Source of the DNA: Octopus sinensis
Lineage: Eukaryota
Direction: 5' to 3'
Assembly: GCF_006345805.1 (NCBI RefSeq)
Contig: NC_043012.1
Coordinates: 13,764,001-13,828,000 of the forward strand
Length of the DNA: 64,000 nt
Made by a program: the position numbers and the translations under genes. This document shows, in pieces, positions 12,519 to 25,989 of this stretch. The notes under the pieces are model-generated. The model searched no databases and was not told where the DNA came from. It worked only from the letters and a program-made list of their open reading frames with translations. The stretch's first letter is position 1. Every line of letters starts with the position of its first letter.

Positions 12519-15318
12519 CAGTAGTATATTTTTATATCGTGCTTTCACTTCACTACCGAGCGCAGCTCTGTGTGCCTTGGGTATGTGTTGTGATTTGTTG
12601 TGATGCTCTGATGGTTATTGTATGGAAAGTGTTCTGCGTAGGATGTGTGCAGTGCCTAGTAGTGCAATTTTCTGTATGTTATATGTGTTTGTAAGTCCTG
12701 GTGTTTTTGTTATATATTTGTCTGAATATTTTATCATCATGCCTAATGCACCTATTATTATAGGAATTGTTTCTGCTTTTAGATTCCACATTATGGTTAT
12801 CTCTATTTCCAGATCTTTGTATTTTGAAAGTTTCTCCGTTTCTTTTAGAGACACGTTGTAATCCGCTGGTATTGATACATCAATTAGAAAACATTTTGTT
12901 TTCTTCATGATCTCTGACAACTATATCTGGTCTGTTGGCCTTAATTTCTCTATCTGTGTGTATTGGCATATACCAGAGTATGGTTGCTTTCTCGTTTTCT
13001 GTGACTTTTTCTGGTGTGTGCCTATATCATTTTTTTTCTGTTGTTATTCCATAATGTTGGCATAGTTTCCAGTGTATATAGGTCCCAACTCTGTCGTGTC
13101 TGTGAATATATTCCTTCTTAGCCAGGACTGGGCAGCCAGAGATAATATGATTTATTGTTTCTTGTCTATCTCCACATATGCTGCAGTTACTTGTTATATT
13201 TCTTTTCATTACATGTTTTTGGTAATTTCTGGCGGGGAGGCTTTGGTCTTGTGCTGCAATTAAAAATCCTTCTGTCTCTGCTTTGAGTCCTGAGCTTCTC
13301 AACCATTGTTGAGATTTTTCATTGTCTATTTATTTTACATTTAGTTTAGTCCAGTATTTGCCATGAAGGGGCTTTTCTTGCCATCGTTTTATCATGGTTC
13401 GTTGCCGTTCTATTTTTAGTTTGGATTTCATTTGTTTTATAACTTTTGTTGTTTCTTCTTCTTCTTCTTCTTCTTCTTCTTCTTCTTCTTCTTCTTCTTC
13501 TTCTTCTTCTTCTTCTTCTTCTTCTTCTTCTTCTTCTTCTTCTTCTTCTTCTTCTTCTTCTTCATATTTGTTAGGTGGTATGATTTCTTGTTTGTATTTG
13601 TAAGCTTCCTTAAATACTGAGAACAGTTTTTTGTTTTACTCGTGTTTTGCCGCTATTTGTATCAGTTTTCCTTCCTTCTGAAGTAGATATTTTTGCAGTC
13701 CTATGGTGGTTATTTTATAGTAGTTTTCCAGCTGTATAAGGCCTCTACCACCATCTATACGTTGTATATATAGCCTTTCTATGTCAGATTTTGGGTGATG
13801 CATCCTAGATCCTGTCATTATTTTTCTTGTTTTCCTATCTATTTTGGTCAGTTCATTTAGTGTCCAGTTAAGGATATTGTAGCTGTAACTTATAACTGGG
13901 ACGGCTAAAGTGTTGATACCTACTATCTTGTTTTTAGCATTAAGCTCTGTTTTCAGTATTGATCTAACTCATCTATAGTATTCTTTTTTATTTTCTCTTT
14001 TATTTGTGTGTGTTGTGTCTTATCTAGTTCATGGATTCCTAAGTATTTGTAAGTTTGGTTTTGGTCTAATTCTTTTATTTCATTGGTTTTATCTAGTGTG
14101 ATGTTGCTACTCTTAACTAGTTTTCCTCTTTTCATGGTTACTTTGGCGCATTTTTCTAATCCAAATTTCATATCTATTTCTTTGGTAAATCCATGAACTC
14201 TCTTTAATAGTGTTTCCAGCTGTTTGTCATTTGCAGCGTATAGTTTTAGGTCATCCATATATAAAAGGTGGCTGATCGTTTTGCCGTAACATTTATATCC
14301 GCATCCAGTTCTATTTAGCATATCAGATAGAGGTTGTTTCCAGGTTTTAGATTTGTGTCGCTTTCTATCTCATCCGTATGTTTGTTTGTCGTGTTTTGGC
14401 TTGCTGTTTGTCGTGTATTATTATGTATCCTTACGGTCTGGGTTTGTTTTTTTTTGTTTACAATCGTTTTTGTTGGAAATGTTACGTTTGTCTTCGTGTC
14501 TTACTGTTTCATTGTTTATATTATTTGGCATTGTTGTGTGGCTTCTATCTATATTTTCCTGATGTATTTTTTCTTTTAAATGTTCTATTTCTATTTCTGA
14601 TATTTTTTTGCCTTGAGAATATATCTCCGTATATTTGCTAGTTTATTAGGGTTCATTGTTGTATCCAGGTCTTTAATTATGTTATTTTTCTTCCATATTT
14701 TGTATGTATGTGTTGTTGTATTTTCATTCTTTGGGTAGAGTACTGCTGTTAAGTAAGCGTGTAGGATAGAAATGTATTCCTCACGTGTCCATCTATGTCT
14801 TTTGAGTTTTATTTGCGGGACATGAGGAACAACGTCCGGCCCATTATTTTGACGGTCGTCATTTTCGTAGGGTACCGGTCCGTTCATTTCTGTTGTCACA
14901 TTGTTTTGCACGTGTAGTTTTTCGTACATTTTATGTTGTAAGTTTACAGTACGTACTTCCCGATTGTTATTCTTGGGTTGAATAATACCGGTGTTATTTA
15001 ATTTACTTGTAGTTTCTTTGTACATGGTATTTGGGGTCGGAGATGATCTGGTGTTGATGGATCGTAATGTATCAAGCATGTTTACATGTGTTGTGTTAGA
15101 GGTGGAGATGATATCGAGTTAAAATACATAATTTCGTTTTAAAAATAGTAATAAATTTCAATCAGTATTACTTACTCGGATATAGTCCAATCCTTTGTCA
15201 GTTATTTTTTAGCTCCATGCGATGTATTTGTTTCCGATGTTTGTGGATAGATTTCGGAGCACTGTTTTATCGCTCTCACATGTTTAACGTCCCCGGTGTA
15301 ATCTGTTTAACGTCCCCG
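12519..15318 (-). mobile_element. Second R4/Dong subfamily element, internally deleted, with an in-frame (GAA)37 expansion
   Basis: KLKRHRWTREEYISILHAY (14591-15079), HLLYMDDLKL (13953-14321), CSICGDRQETINHIISGC...RHDRV (13027-13302), LIDVSIPADYN (12615-12920). (TTA)n flanks both ends; (TTC)n spans 13453-13563. Confidence 0.85.
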
Positions 15319-15359
15319 TTATTATTATTATTATTATCATTATTATTATTATTATTACT

Positions 15360-15610
15360 TTTTTTTTCTTCTTTCAAATTTTCTTCCATTTCTTGCCGAG
15401 TGTCTTCCCGACTCCTAGGACAAAGAAACTCATAGTGTATATTGGTAGGCCATTAAACCAAACTCAGTAGTTCGTTAATTTTTTTTTTTTTTTAAAGTTA
15501 AATTGAAATGCATGAGCAGCAACAGTTCTCACATCGACAATGCTCTTCTCAATACGTGTGATGTACCAGTTAAGACAATCTTTTGCACTTCTTGCAGGGA
15601 TGGTAAGCCT
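15360..15610 (-). mobile_element. 3'-end fragment of the first Dong subfamily
   Basis: Reverse complement matches 7950-8200 (SLQEVQKIVLTGTSHVLRRALSM and the 3' UTR). Confidence 0.8.
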
Positions 15611-15624
15611 ATTATTATTATTAT

Positions 15625-15661
<37 letters not shown>

Positions 15662-15901
15662 TAGTAGTAGTAGTAGTAAGTAGTAGTAGCAGCAGTAGTA
15701 GTGGTAGTACCGGTCGTATTAGAACTATCAATATTAGTATTAGTGGTGTTGCTATTAGTATCAAAATTTGACTCAGCTACACTTCGCCCTTCATAGGAAA
15801 CGGGGATGTTTGTATCTTGGTTAATAATTGTTGTAGTACTAGGGATGTTGGTATAGTGTATGCCGTCAATATCAGCATTAGTGTTTTCGTAGCTTTGATT
15901 A

Positions 15902-16481
15902 TATTGGTTTGTCCGGAAAGTTCATGTCGATTTATGGTAGCTTATGGTAGCTTACACTTCGACTTATTTTAGAACATGGTTGAGTACATAAAATAGGATT
16001 TGACTACACCTTCATTTAGTGTACAGTTTAAGCTATCTTTTCGTAGAAAAAGCATTATGTTCCTTTAACCTGTGTTAATTTTGTAACCCTTTAAAATGGA
16101 AGATAAGAAAGTTCATTTTCAGCACTTCATGCTTTGAGAACCAGACAAAAGTTGCTGCAGCTTGGCTGGGATGTGTTACCCCACCCTCCATATTTAACAG
16201 ATATTGCTCCTTCGGATTTCCACTTATTCAGGTCTCTGCAGAATAGTCTAAAAGGTAAAAATTTCAATTACTTGGATGACGTAAAAAGATACCTTGATGA
16301 AGTATTTGCCATGAAACCACCTCAATTCTGGGAAGAGGGTATTTTCAAGTTAAAGGAAAGATGGAGACGCATTGTGCAACAAAATGGTTTATATTTGGTT
16401 GATTAAAAATGTAATGGCAAGTAATTATTGACCTTTCTCTTTCCTTTAAAAATCGGCTTGAACTTTCCGGACAATTCAATA
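15902..16481 (+). mobile_element. Internally deleted mariner element with TIRs and TA target-site duplication
   Basis: TIR tattggtttgtccggaaagttcatgtcgattt and its imperfect inverse at about 16450-16481, with TA on both sides. N-terminal MEDKKVHFQHFML is joined to C-terminal GWDVLPHPPYLTDIAPSDFHLFRSLQNSL...ERWRRIVQQNGLY. Confidence 0.85.
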
Positions 16482-16494
16482 TATATTCCGTAGC

Positions 16495-17690
16495 AGGAAA
16501 CAAGTTTAGGTTTATTGGAAGAGGTAACAATAGACTTTATATTGGGCGGATAAAGTACGACAGTTTTAGGGTAGATCTATTACATTTATGTATGGTGACG
16601 TGGGAATTTCGCGTCTACTATTTGAAAGAAGGTTTTGGCTAAGCCCTTAACGTTTTTTTAGTCAATATAGGGTAATTACAATCTCTATAATATTTGTTAG
16701 ATGAGAGTTGCGGGATTCATTGTTGTCTATCAGATTCAGTTTCGATCGAGTTCTATACAGATGAGCGTAAGTCGGATAGAAGTGATTCATTTAAGTATGA
16801 GCAGCATAGCAAGTCTACGTCCCTAGCCCAGCCATATACATCATCTAATTAATAGAAAGGTACCATATAGGGTATCACGGATCACAATTTAAATCTAAAC
16901 GCAATCAATCCATGTAAACATACGCCAACCCGATACAACTTTAATAAATCTAAATAAAATTAAAGATAACAATGCAAAAACACGTGTTTGTAGGATACCC
17001 GAATTATGACGAGAAAATTGTAATTTATAAATGCAGTGTGATAAATGGTAAACTTCAATTAAGAGTATGCATTAAGAGACGATATAGATCTCATTTAAAT
17101 TCCTTCAGTAAGCTAAAATGTAAAAGCTCAACGGCACTAGCTAGAAACATACAAGATTTAAATTTTCAGAACATCAATTATACATTATCTTCGGCTATTA
17201 GGATAAGCCCCACCTCTTACAACAAAATTATGGGCCGTTATAGAATGTACATAAAAGAATCATATACTATCCTTCGCCTGTATACTCCTACTGTATTAAA
17301 CATGTTTTCTGATATTATTCATTTGTGTATCCACAGATATTACTCAACATTCGTAAGACTTTAAATCCGCATGTACTCAACAATAGCTTTCCTTTACGCC
17401 GCGAGACTTAGCACCATATTGCTTATAACAAAATATCGCCAATATATAAATACACTAAGTAATGTCATCTTTATTCCCACCAGCACTCATATGGACTTCC
17501 ACCATTTGCATAGATATATCTGTTCTTCCGTAAAAGCTTCCAGTTACCTCATACCTTAGCAATAAACGGAATGCATTTCTACTGTAAACATTGCTCTTTT
17601 CTGATGAAGGAGACGTTCCATGAAAATGAATTTTAAGATTCATTTTTTATTCGTTGGACTGAACCCTTGAAACGGGCGTAAGAATATTTA
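16495..17690 (+). mobile_element. Neptune-type Penelope-like remnant: inverted upstream piece, forward GIY-YIG endonuclease and terminal hammerhead motif
   Basis: Minus 16500-16700 reads PYID*KNVKGLAKTFFQIVDAKFPRHH...PNIKSIVTSSNK. Plus 16972-17364 reads VIYKCSV...KRRYRSHLNSFSK...STALARNIQDLNFQNINYT. A hammerhead-like motif follows at 17597-17685. Confidence 0.65.
17597..17685 (+). ncRNA. Hammerhead-like motif with a long helix II
   Basis: tttt CTGATGA (17601-17607), then about 60 nt containing the hairpin aaaatgaat/attcatttt, then GAAAC gggc GTA agaa (17669-17684). Confidence 0.5.
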
Positions 17691-18340
17691 TTTCTTTTAA
17701 TATGTAACCTAAAATAGTTTTTCTAGGACTATTATTTTCTCTTCGCTATATATATTTTCTTAAAAAAAAACGAGTTTTTATCTGCAATCCTATACTTCAT
17801 TATACCATTACTATATTTATACGTTCATATATTTATATCTCCATATATATTTTTAATATTCATATATATTTATATTTTCATATGTATTTTCATATGTATT
17901 TGTAATATATCAATATATGTTTTTTTACCATTTTTATCTTAATTAAATCGTACATATATGTGTTCATTGTGGTTTACCTGATTTGAACTTTCTCCGTTCC
18001 AATTATTATACATATATAGGTATGTATAAGCGTGTGTGTGTGTATGAATAAATATACGCTTATGTGTGTGCAAACATATGTTTATGTATATATGTATGTA
18101 TATGTATATATCTATATACATACATATATATTTATAATAAGAGTAGATCGTGTACGAGTGGGTATATATTTGTAAAAAAGAAGTTTGAAAATGCCTCTAT
18201 ATTATATCAATTTTTTTTTTCTTATGAATTTTGCATGTTTCGGTTCTTGAAAAAACGAACCTTATCAAAAATATTTTAAAAAGTAAAGTGTAATAGAAAA
18301 GTTCATAATTTTTTCTTACTGGTCTCAATAGAATCCATGT

Positions 18341-18387
<47 letters not shown>

Positions 18388-18411
18388 TTGTGTGTGTATG
18401 TATATGTATAC

Positions 18412-18451
<40 letters not shown>

Positions 18452-18718
18452 TTTCATTTTCCTATACTTCTCTATCAGCATAAGTATGTAGGAAGGCAGC
18501 TAGGCTTTATTTTATTCTGCCTTGTTATCAACATCCGTATCTTAGAAGCTACCTAGTTTTTTAGTTATTGTAGATTTGAGATTTTATTTTCAGTTCTCCA
18601 TGCCAACTAACTTTTTCTCAACTAAAACTTTAGTTGTTATTCCTGGAAACAGAAGCATAAATATCGTCAAATTTTGCCCGAACGTCCAGTACACAGATAG
18701 ATAGATACGATATATATG

Positions 18719-18992
<274 letters not shown>

Positions 18993-19605
18993 AGATACAT
19001 GCGTACATATATACATATATACATACATACTTACATACGCGCAGTGTATAACTATACAAGCATGAACACTGAGAGGCGTTATTATACATGCAAGTATAAG
19101 TATATGAGTGTGTGTATGTGAGTGCTTGTTTGTTGATGTATATTATTGATCATGTCAGGTGTCTCATATTGTGAATAAGCTTTCCTTTACATAAAACTTT
19201 TACGGATTATAGTAATACAAAAGGAAATCTCAACAAACAATTCAAGTAAACACAGTTAAAAGAATCTTCCACTTCTGAATCAGGATTTGATACGTTATGA
19301 ACAATTGACTTCCATGCCCCTGGTATCTTTCCAGTATGAATGGAGAATCATGTAACGGATCTTAAGTGATGTAAACATTGATTTTTTTTATAGCTGTTAA
19401 TCGTCACATATTGACATTTAGTAAAATGAATCTTGCTACTTAAGAAAATACCTTTTAATCTGTATTTATAAATTAGTTCGTGTTTATTTCGCATAGGTTT
19501 ATATGTTATTATAAGTGTACCCGTGGCACGTTGAGTACGTATCGTACTTGCTCTGTATACACCGTATATGTATATATGTAAATGTACAAACATATATGTA
19601 TCTGC

Positions 19606-19921
<316 letters not shown>

Positions 19922-20149
19922 ACACACACACACATATACATATATATATATATATAAACAATTGCCAACCAAGTGTGGCGTCCTACACTGGACAGTGCTA
20001 CTGACGTTTATAGCCCTAGGAAGACATACCCTTATGGCGGCTAACGACACACATGCTGTGTCCGGTTAGTATTTACGGGGTAGGGGTCATTGATTCCATC
20101 TGTAACCTTACGTTAGGGAATTAAAAATAAAACCTTTTTACCTTGTTAT

Positions 20150-20600
20150 TTTTTTAAGATCATACCTAAATAATTTGCCAGACGAATCCTCATCGGTAAC
20201 AATTAACATATAATTTAGATACAAATAACGCGTTTCTCATCATTATATGTTATAATTTTTCAAATTTCCCCGCGCAAGCGCAGTTTCAGTCGGCAGTGAA
20301 TACAGTAATGCCGAACCGAACTTCGAAAGCTGAAATCACATTCGTAAAATTATATAGGGTGGGGAATATTTTTAGAAATTTCACCACCAGTGGCCTAGAA
20401 TGTATAAAAAGTCAATAGACAACAAATCCTCAATATCAAATAGTGTACATTTAAACACAAGAGAAAACTACCTTTAATAGGTAATTTTACACGCTAGAAG
20501 AGGCAGTCAAAACGACAAAAACCACATTTTAAGAGCAATTTTCGAATGAATAAATATGAGGGAATATAACTCAACTCTTACAGCTGTTTCTACTTTAGGG
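20150..20600. repeat. Interspersed repeat, also present as tandem and inverted pieces at about 48075-48580
   Basis: Shared cagtcggcagt...tcaccaccagtg...gaatgtataaa.agtcaatagacaac...tttaaacacaagagaaaactacc. Confidence 0.7.
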
Positions 20601-20640
20601 GTCCGACCTACCAAGCTTGACACATCATACACAAGCATTT

Positions 20641-22250
20641 CGTAGAGTGAAAGTATTCAGTGATGACATCGGGATGAAATTTCGTCTTGAAAAATCTGCC
20701 AAGTCCACTTTCTAGAAAGTGAAATTGAAGACCTCAAATTCAGTAGTGTTGGATGTTGACACAGTCATAAATGAACTCGAGCAGGAACAAACTTACAAAT
20801 ACCTCGGAATAAACGATGGCTCAGGCATTCAGCATGCAAGTATTAAAGAGAAGATCTGAAAGGAGTGTTACAGGAAAGTTCAAGCAATCCTAAAATCCGA
20901 GTTAAATGCACGCAACAAGGTGTTTGCTATAAATTCTTTAGCAGTTCCTGTTGTTATTTACAATTTCAATGTGTTGAACTAGAATAAGTGCGAAATAAGA
21001 AAAAATGGCAGGAAAATCCATAAGCTGCTGACTTGCAATAACACACACTACCCAAAGGCAGACGCAGATCATCTTTATCTAACCAGGGCTGAAGGAGGTC
21101 CAGGCTTAATCCAATTTGAAATCTTCTACAAAACCACCACAATTGGACTAGCAAAATATCTTGAAACATCTAACGACTGGATGCCATATCTCGTTGAAAA
21201 TCATGACAGAGGTAAGAAGCCTCATTCTGTTATGGAGGAGAGCAAAACATTTTCAAGTGAAATTCTGCCTAATATCTAGGTTGAACAGGTTGATGCAAAT
21301 GTAGTTGCAAAGAAGGTGAAATCAATAGCAAAACAAAATGTGTTTCAACAATTGGCTGATAGGTGGGAACAGAATCATCTGCATGGCAAGTATGCGGCCC
21401 GTAGAAAATAAGCTGAACTGGACCAGAAGTACTCCCACCAGTATCTACGGAGCTCAGAGCTAAAGGCAGAGAGTGAAGATCAGAGCTTATTGACCCGGAA
21501 CTACCAGGCCGATGTTGATGAAAAATGCTGCAGGCCCAAAGTGCCGGTACTGTAACTTTGGGATAGAAACAGTCGACTACCTAATCTCTGGACGTAAGGT
21601 TTTAGCACCTATAGAGTACAAATCAAGACAAGATAGTGTTGACCAATATCTACACTGGATAACGTGTCGGCATTATATAATGAAATGCGCTGACAAATGG
21701 TACCAGTACCACCCTGAGACTATATCTGAGGGAGAAAATGTAACTATTATTTGGGACATCCCCGTATGTACAGACCGGACATAATATCTTGGCAAAAACA
21801 TTTGATAAGCTCAGAAATTAAGAAGATTTTCTAATCGAAATCGAAAAGATATGGCATCTCAAGACGGTCACAATACCAGTGGTTGTAGAAGCACTTGCAA
21901 TGGTCAAAAAGGGAACTGAAAATTATGTAAAAAAGGTTCCTTGGCTTACCATCCATGCAGGAAGTGCAAAATATTGTCTTAACTGGTACGTCACAAGTAT
22001 TGAGAAGAGAATTATCGCTGTAATTTTTTTCCCTTTTTACCTCTTTAGTTTATTTGTTTACTTTTTTATTTTTTATTTTTCCTTTTTCTCTCGGTCTTTC
22101 TTTTTCTCTATCACACGAATTTGTAAATACACAATCTGGTGTGTTTATTTTAATGACATACTAATGTATATAGTGCGTTTCTCTGCTCTAGGCGTGTCAG
22201 GAAGATACTCGACAAGAAATGGAAACAGAATTGAAAGATGTTAATGAAAA
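20641..22250 (+). mobile_element. Older 5'-truncated Dong copy (RT C-terminus to 3' end); a further 3' piece at about 22911-23110
   Basis: Colinear with 6535-8200 (gtgaaagtattcagtgatgacatcggg onward), with many stops; followed by (TAA)n at about 22273-22332. Confidence 0.8.
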
Positions 22251-22271
22251 TAATGATGATGATGATGATAA

Positions 22272-22333
<62 letters not shown>

Positions 22334-22559
22334 GTATATTCAACTCATGTAGGCAAGGAGGCAAAGGTGAAGTGCTTGCATCCATGTAGTCAACAGATGT
22401 TAAGATATGGGATTAAAGCGGCACGAGCTACTACTACTAAGATTAATAAGAATGATGATAGAGTTTGAGGAGAACTTATTTACTTCCTTTTATTTCCTTT
22501 ACCGTAGATTTGTTTTTCAATATTAAATGAAGTTTTAATCTGGTTTACAGGTTTCGTAG

Positions 22560-22910
22560 CGGAGTAGTTAGCTGATAGGCCAATCGCTTATCTTCTGCGC
22601 TTATAATCGGTTCTGGAAAATGTTGTAAGTTTTGAATTTTGCAGGCGTTTGAATATGCCCTGAGGATGAAAGTTGGATGTTTTGCCTGTTCAAAAATCTA
22701 GAAAAAACTAAATAATGTACTTACAACACATTTCTTATCTTGAACCTGCTTAAATTTAAATACCCGGCGGCGTTTAAGAGTGTTCTTGTGATAAAAGAGA
22801 TGTTTGCATGTTGGAATAATCAAAGAAAAATTTACTGACAGAAATTGTAGATATTTAATTTCTTTTTCTAAAGTTATATGAAAGAGAAATTTTGCTTGTT
22901 CAGGCATCAA
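22560..22910 (-). mobile_element. Probable PLE RT C-terminal remnant
   Basis: ITLEKEIKYLQFLSV...LFYHKNT...KKCVVSTLF resembles the FT.E.E...L.FLD / VYRKPT / K..i..L region of PLE RTs; heavily degraded. Confidence 0.4.
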
Positions 22911-23129
22911 GGAAAATTATTCAGGCTTCTACATATTACTTCAGAGTAATCCTTGGTTTACCATTTCTGCAAGAAGTGCAAAAGATTGTGTGAACTGGTA
23001 CATCACACGTATTGAGAAGAACATTGTCGACGTGAGAATGATTACTAACATGCAATGTTAATTTTGTTTTCACATACCTTCGTTTCATTTTGAAAAGAAT
23101 AATCTCGTATTTAGTGTTTATAGCCTACA

Positions 23130-23645
23130 AGTTGTAACCCCCTTCAGTCACTACATAGACCATGGGATTGCACCTAGAAAGTTACCCTCCGAGGCAAAAG
23201 TCTGGGCAAGGTTGTTTATGGAAGACCAGCAGTCGCCCATGCATACCGGCCTCCCCTCTCCACGCCACCGATGTTATCCGAGGGAAATGCAAAGGCCGAT
23301 ACAGCTTGGCACCAGTGACGTCGCAGCTCATTTATTAACGTGCAAATGGCAGAGCACTCCAAGACACGTGTACTCTTGACGTAGTTCTCGGGGAGATTTA
23401 GCGTGACACAGAGTAGGAAAAGACTGGCCCTTTGAAATACAGGTACTACAGAAACAGGAAGAAAGAGCGAGAGAAATTTGTGGTGAAAGAGTCCAGCAGG
23501 GTTCACCACCACCCCTTGCCGGAGCATCGTGGAGCTTTAGGTGTTTTCGCTCAATAAACACTCACAATGCCCAGTCTGGGAATCGAAGCTGCGATCCTAC
23601 GACCGCGAGTCCGCTGCCCTAACAACTGGGCCAATGCGCCTCCAC
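23130..23645 (-). mobile_element. Composite SINE: 5' part of one tRNA-SINE family joined to the 3' part of another
   Basis: 23335-23645 matches 44238-44590, and 23130-23335 matches the 3' half of 44600-44925. Confidence 0.7.
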
Positions 23646-23825
23646 GGCCTACAAGCAAATAGGTACATATTGTACCCAGGCTTTTTATTGTATATTTTAC
23701 TTATTTGATTTATGTTTGCTGGCCACTTTACCATTGTTTTTAAAGATGATGAACACTTGTTTGAATTTTAAATTGCTCACTAACGTTCTTTTCGAAGTCG
23801 TGGTGCCTTCAGCTGAACGACGTTC

Positions 23826-24836
23826 ATTATATCGATGGCTGGACTTTAGGCCTTCCCATTACGGACAACAGGTAGTTGATCTTTAAAATTCATCGGTAAG
23901 TATATTAATGTAATAAATTTATGGGTATGCTATTTACATAAATATTACTTAGTACTCTTTACAAAATCATTAGTACTATTCTTTTTCTGGAGCTATTGGC
24001 GAATCCCGTTATACTAAAGTACTGAATATGTTTTTTGAAATAGTTTCTGTAGTAAGCCTAGCTGATGAGCTTTAAGTGTTGCTTCAACACAGAAAGAGAA
24101 ATCAATTGATACTAGGATGTCTATGATCTTATTTGTATTTTACTAACTGTATCTTAGAAGTGGGGCGTTTCGGAGGAATATATATGTTGTATTCTCCGTG
24201 CATGTTGACATATAGTGAGAGATGCGTGGTTTTGGAGCGTTTTAACTCCTCTTTCAAGCAAAGCCTTTTCATAGGTCCACTAGGCTGAATGTATTTAGGA
24301 ACATTTAAACAATTACGGTTTGTCTAGTAAAAACCACCGCTTGGGACAGTGGTAGCTATTCCAGAAGATAGATTTAGTATTATAATTATATAATTTGAAG
24401 GTAAATGCCCTAGCAACTACTTCTCGGTAATGGTAGTCTCCCCTTAACTGTAGTATTTCGCATGGTCCTAGTTTACATGTTTGGTTGGTTAATAATGGTA
24501 TAAGTCGCCTTGGGCCATTTATGGCATTTGCTACTTCTCCATACTTTTTCTTTCTTCTTTTTATTTTCTTCTCTACTTCCTATAACGGCCTGAGCTTGCT
24601 CTTGGGTTTTAAATTTAACTGACCAATTATATTGATGGTTGGACTTTAGGCAATCCCATTACGGACAACAGGTGGTTGATCTTTAAAATGTATCAGTAAG
24701 TATATTAATGTAATAAATTTATGGGTATGCTATTTACATAAATATTACTTAGTACTCTTTACAAAATCATTAGTACTATTCTTTTTCTAGAGCTATTGGC
24801 GAATCCCGTTATACTAAAGTACTGAATATGTTTTTT
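23826..24836. repeat. 211-bp direct repeat (23826-24036 and 24626-24836) inside a degraded, probably TE-derived coding remnant
   Basis: Period is exactly 800 bp and the distal ~140 bp differ at about one site by eye. Minus-strand peptide traces (WSVKFKTQEQAQAVIG; YVNSIPINLL) are weakly ORF1/gag-like. Confidence 0.75.
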
Positions 24837-25200
24837 TATTATCTATACACCCTGATACTCCTAATGAGAGATTAACGCACCAATTAATTTTCTAGTTAAG
24901 TTATTTGCTCATCGACTTCAAGCGTTACACTGCAAAATGGTGTGATTCAAGTGTATTAAGCATTTAAATCTCGAGGCCTTCTTTATTCTATGTATTTATC
25001 TTCACTATGAGTAAATTCTATGTGCCAGATGAGATGACCTACAGAATATGATGAATATTATTCTCAGAATTTTCTTTGGTAGCGCGCCGACAGAGACTGG
25101 AAGCAGAAACCGCTCTTAGAAATGTTAAAGTTGTGTATTTGAAAAAAAATCGATGGTACTCAAATTGATTCGTGATCAATTTTCTCCATTTTCTGTTTAA

Positions 25201-25239
<39 letters not shown>

Positions 25240-25246
25240 AAATAAA

Positions 25247-25732
25247 AACATGTTGCAAAGGATTTAGCGGTACATATGTTTCTGGCCTTTATTAGACGGT
25301 TTATAACAATACATAATTGATGCAAATGTGTGTCTATAGCCTTCTTCAGCCGCGTACAATTACTACTTCAAGGAAATGTATTACGTTATAAGTTTTACGT
25401 TGGGGATGCAAATCTTCATAGTTGCGTACGACAGAGCGAGGCACCAAAACAAAATCAAAGCGTCCATCCCGTTTTTCACTCGATGTAGCATTCTACATCG
25501 AGTGAAAAACGGGATGGACGCTTTGATTTTGTTTTGCTGCCTCGCTCTGTCGTACGCAACTATGAGGATTTGCATCCCCAACGTAAAACTTATAACGTAA
25601 TACATTTCCTTGAAGTAGTAATTGTACGCGGCTGAAGAAGGCTATAGACACACATTTGCATCAATTATGTATTGTTATAAACCGTCTAATAAAGGCCAGA
25701 AACATATGTACCGCTAAATCCTTTGCATCATG

Positions 25733-25734
<2 letters not shown>
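25247..25734. repeat. 488-bp near-perfect palindrome (242-bp arms, 4-nt loop CATT at 25489-25492)
   Basis: The arms are reverse complements with about 3 mismatches. ORF-track entries 25376..25600(+) and 25381..25605(-) give nearly the same peptide. (TA)n lies on both sides. Confidence 0.97.
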
Positions 25735-25788
<54 letters not shown>

Positions 25789-25989
25789 AGACGTGGCTGC
25801 GTGGTGAGCAGCTTGCTTCCTAATCAAATGTTTTCGGTTTCAGTCCCACTGCGTCGCATCTTGGGGAAGTGTCTTCTAGTAAAGCCTTGTGAGTGGATTT
25901 GGTAGACGGAAACTGAAGGAAGACCGTCGTATGTATATGAGAAATTTATCATTATTACAGTTTTTAATGGTTTAGCCCTTAGTTTAGCT

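Noticed and set aside
25376-25605. Two overlapping 74-aa ORFs with near-identical peptides on opposite strands
   Set aside because: A direct consequence of the palindrome; no domain recognised.
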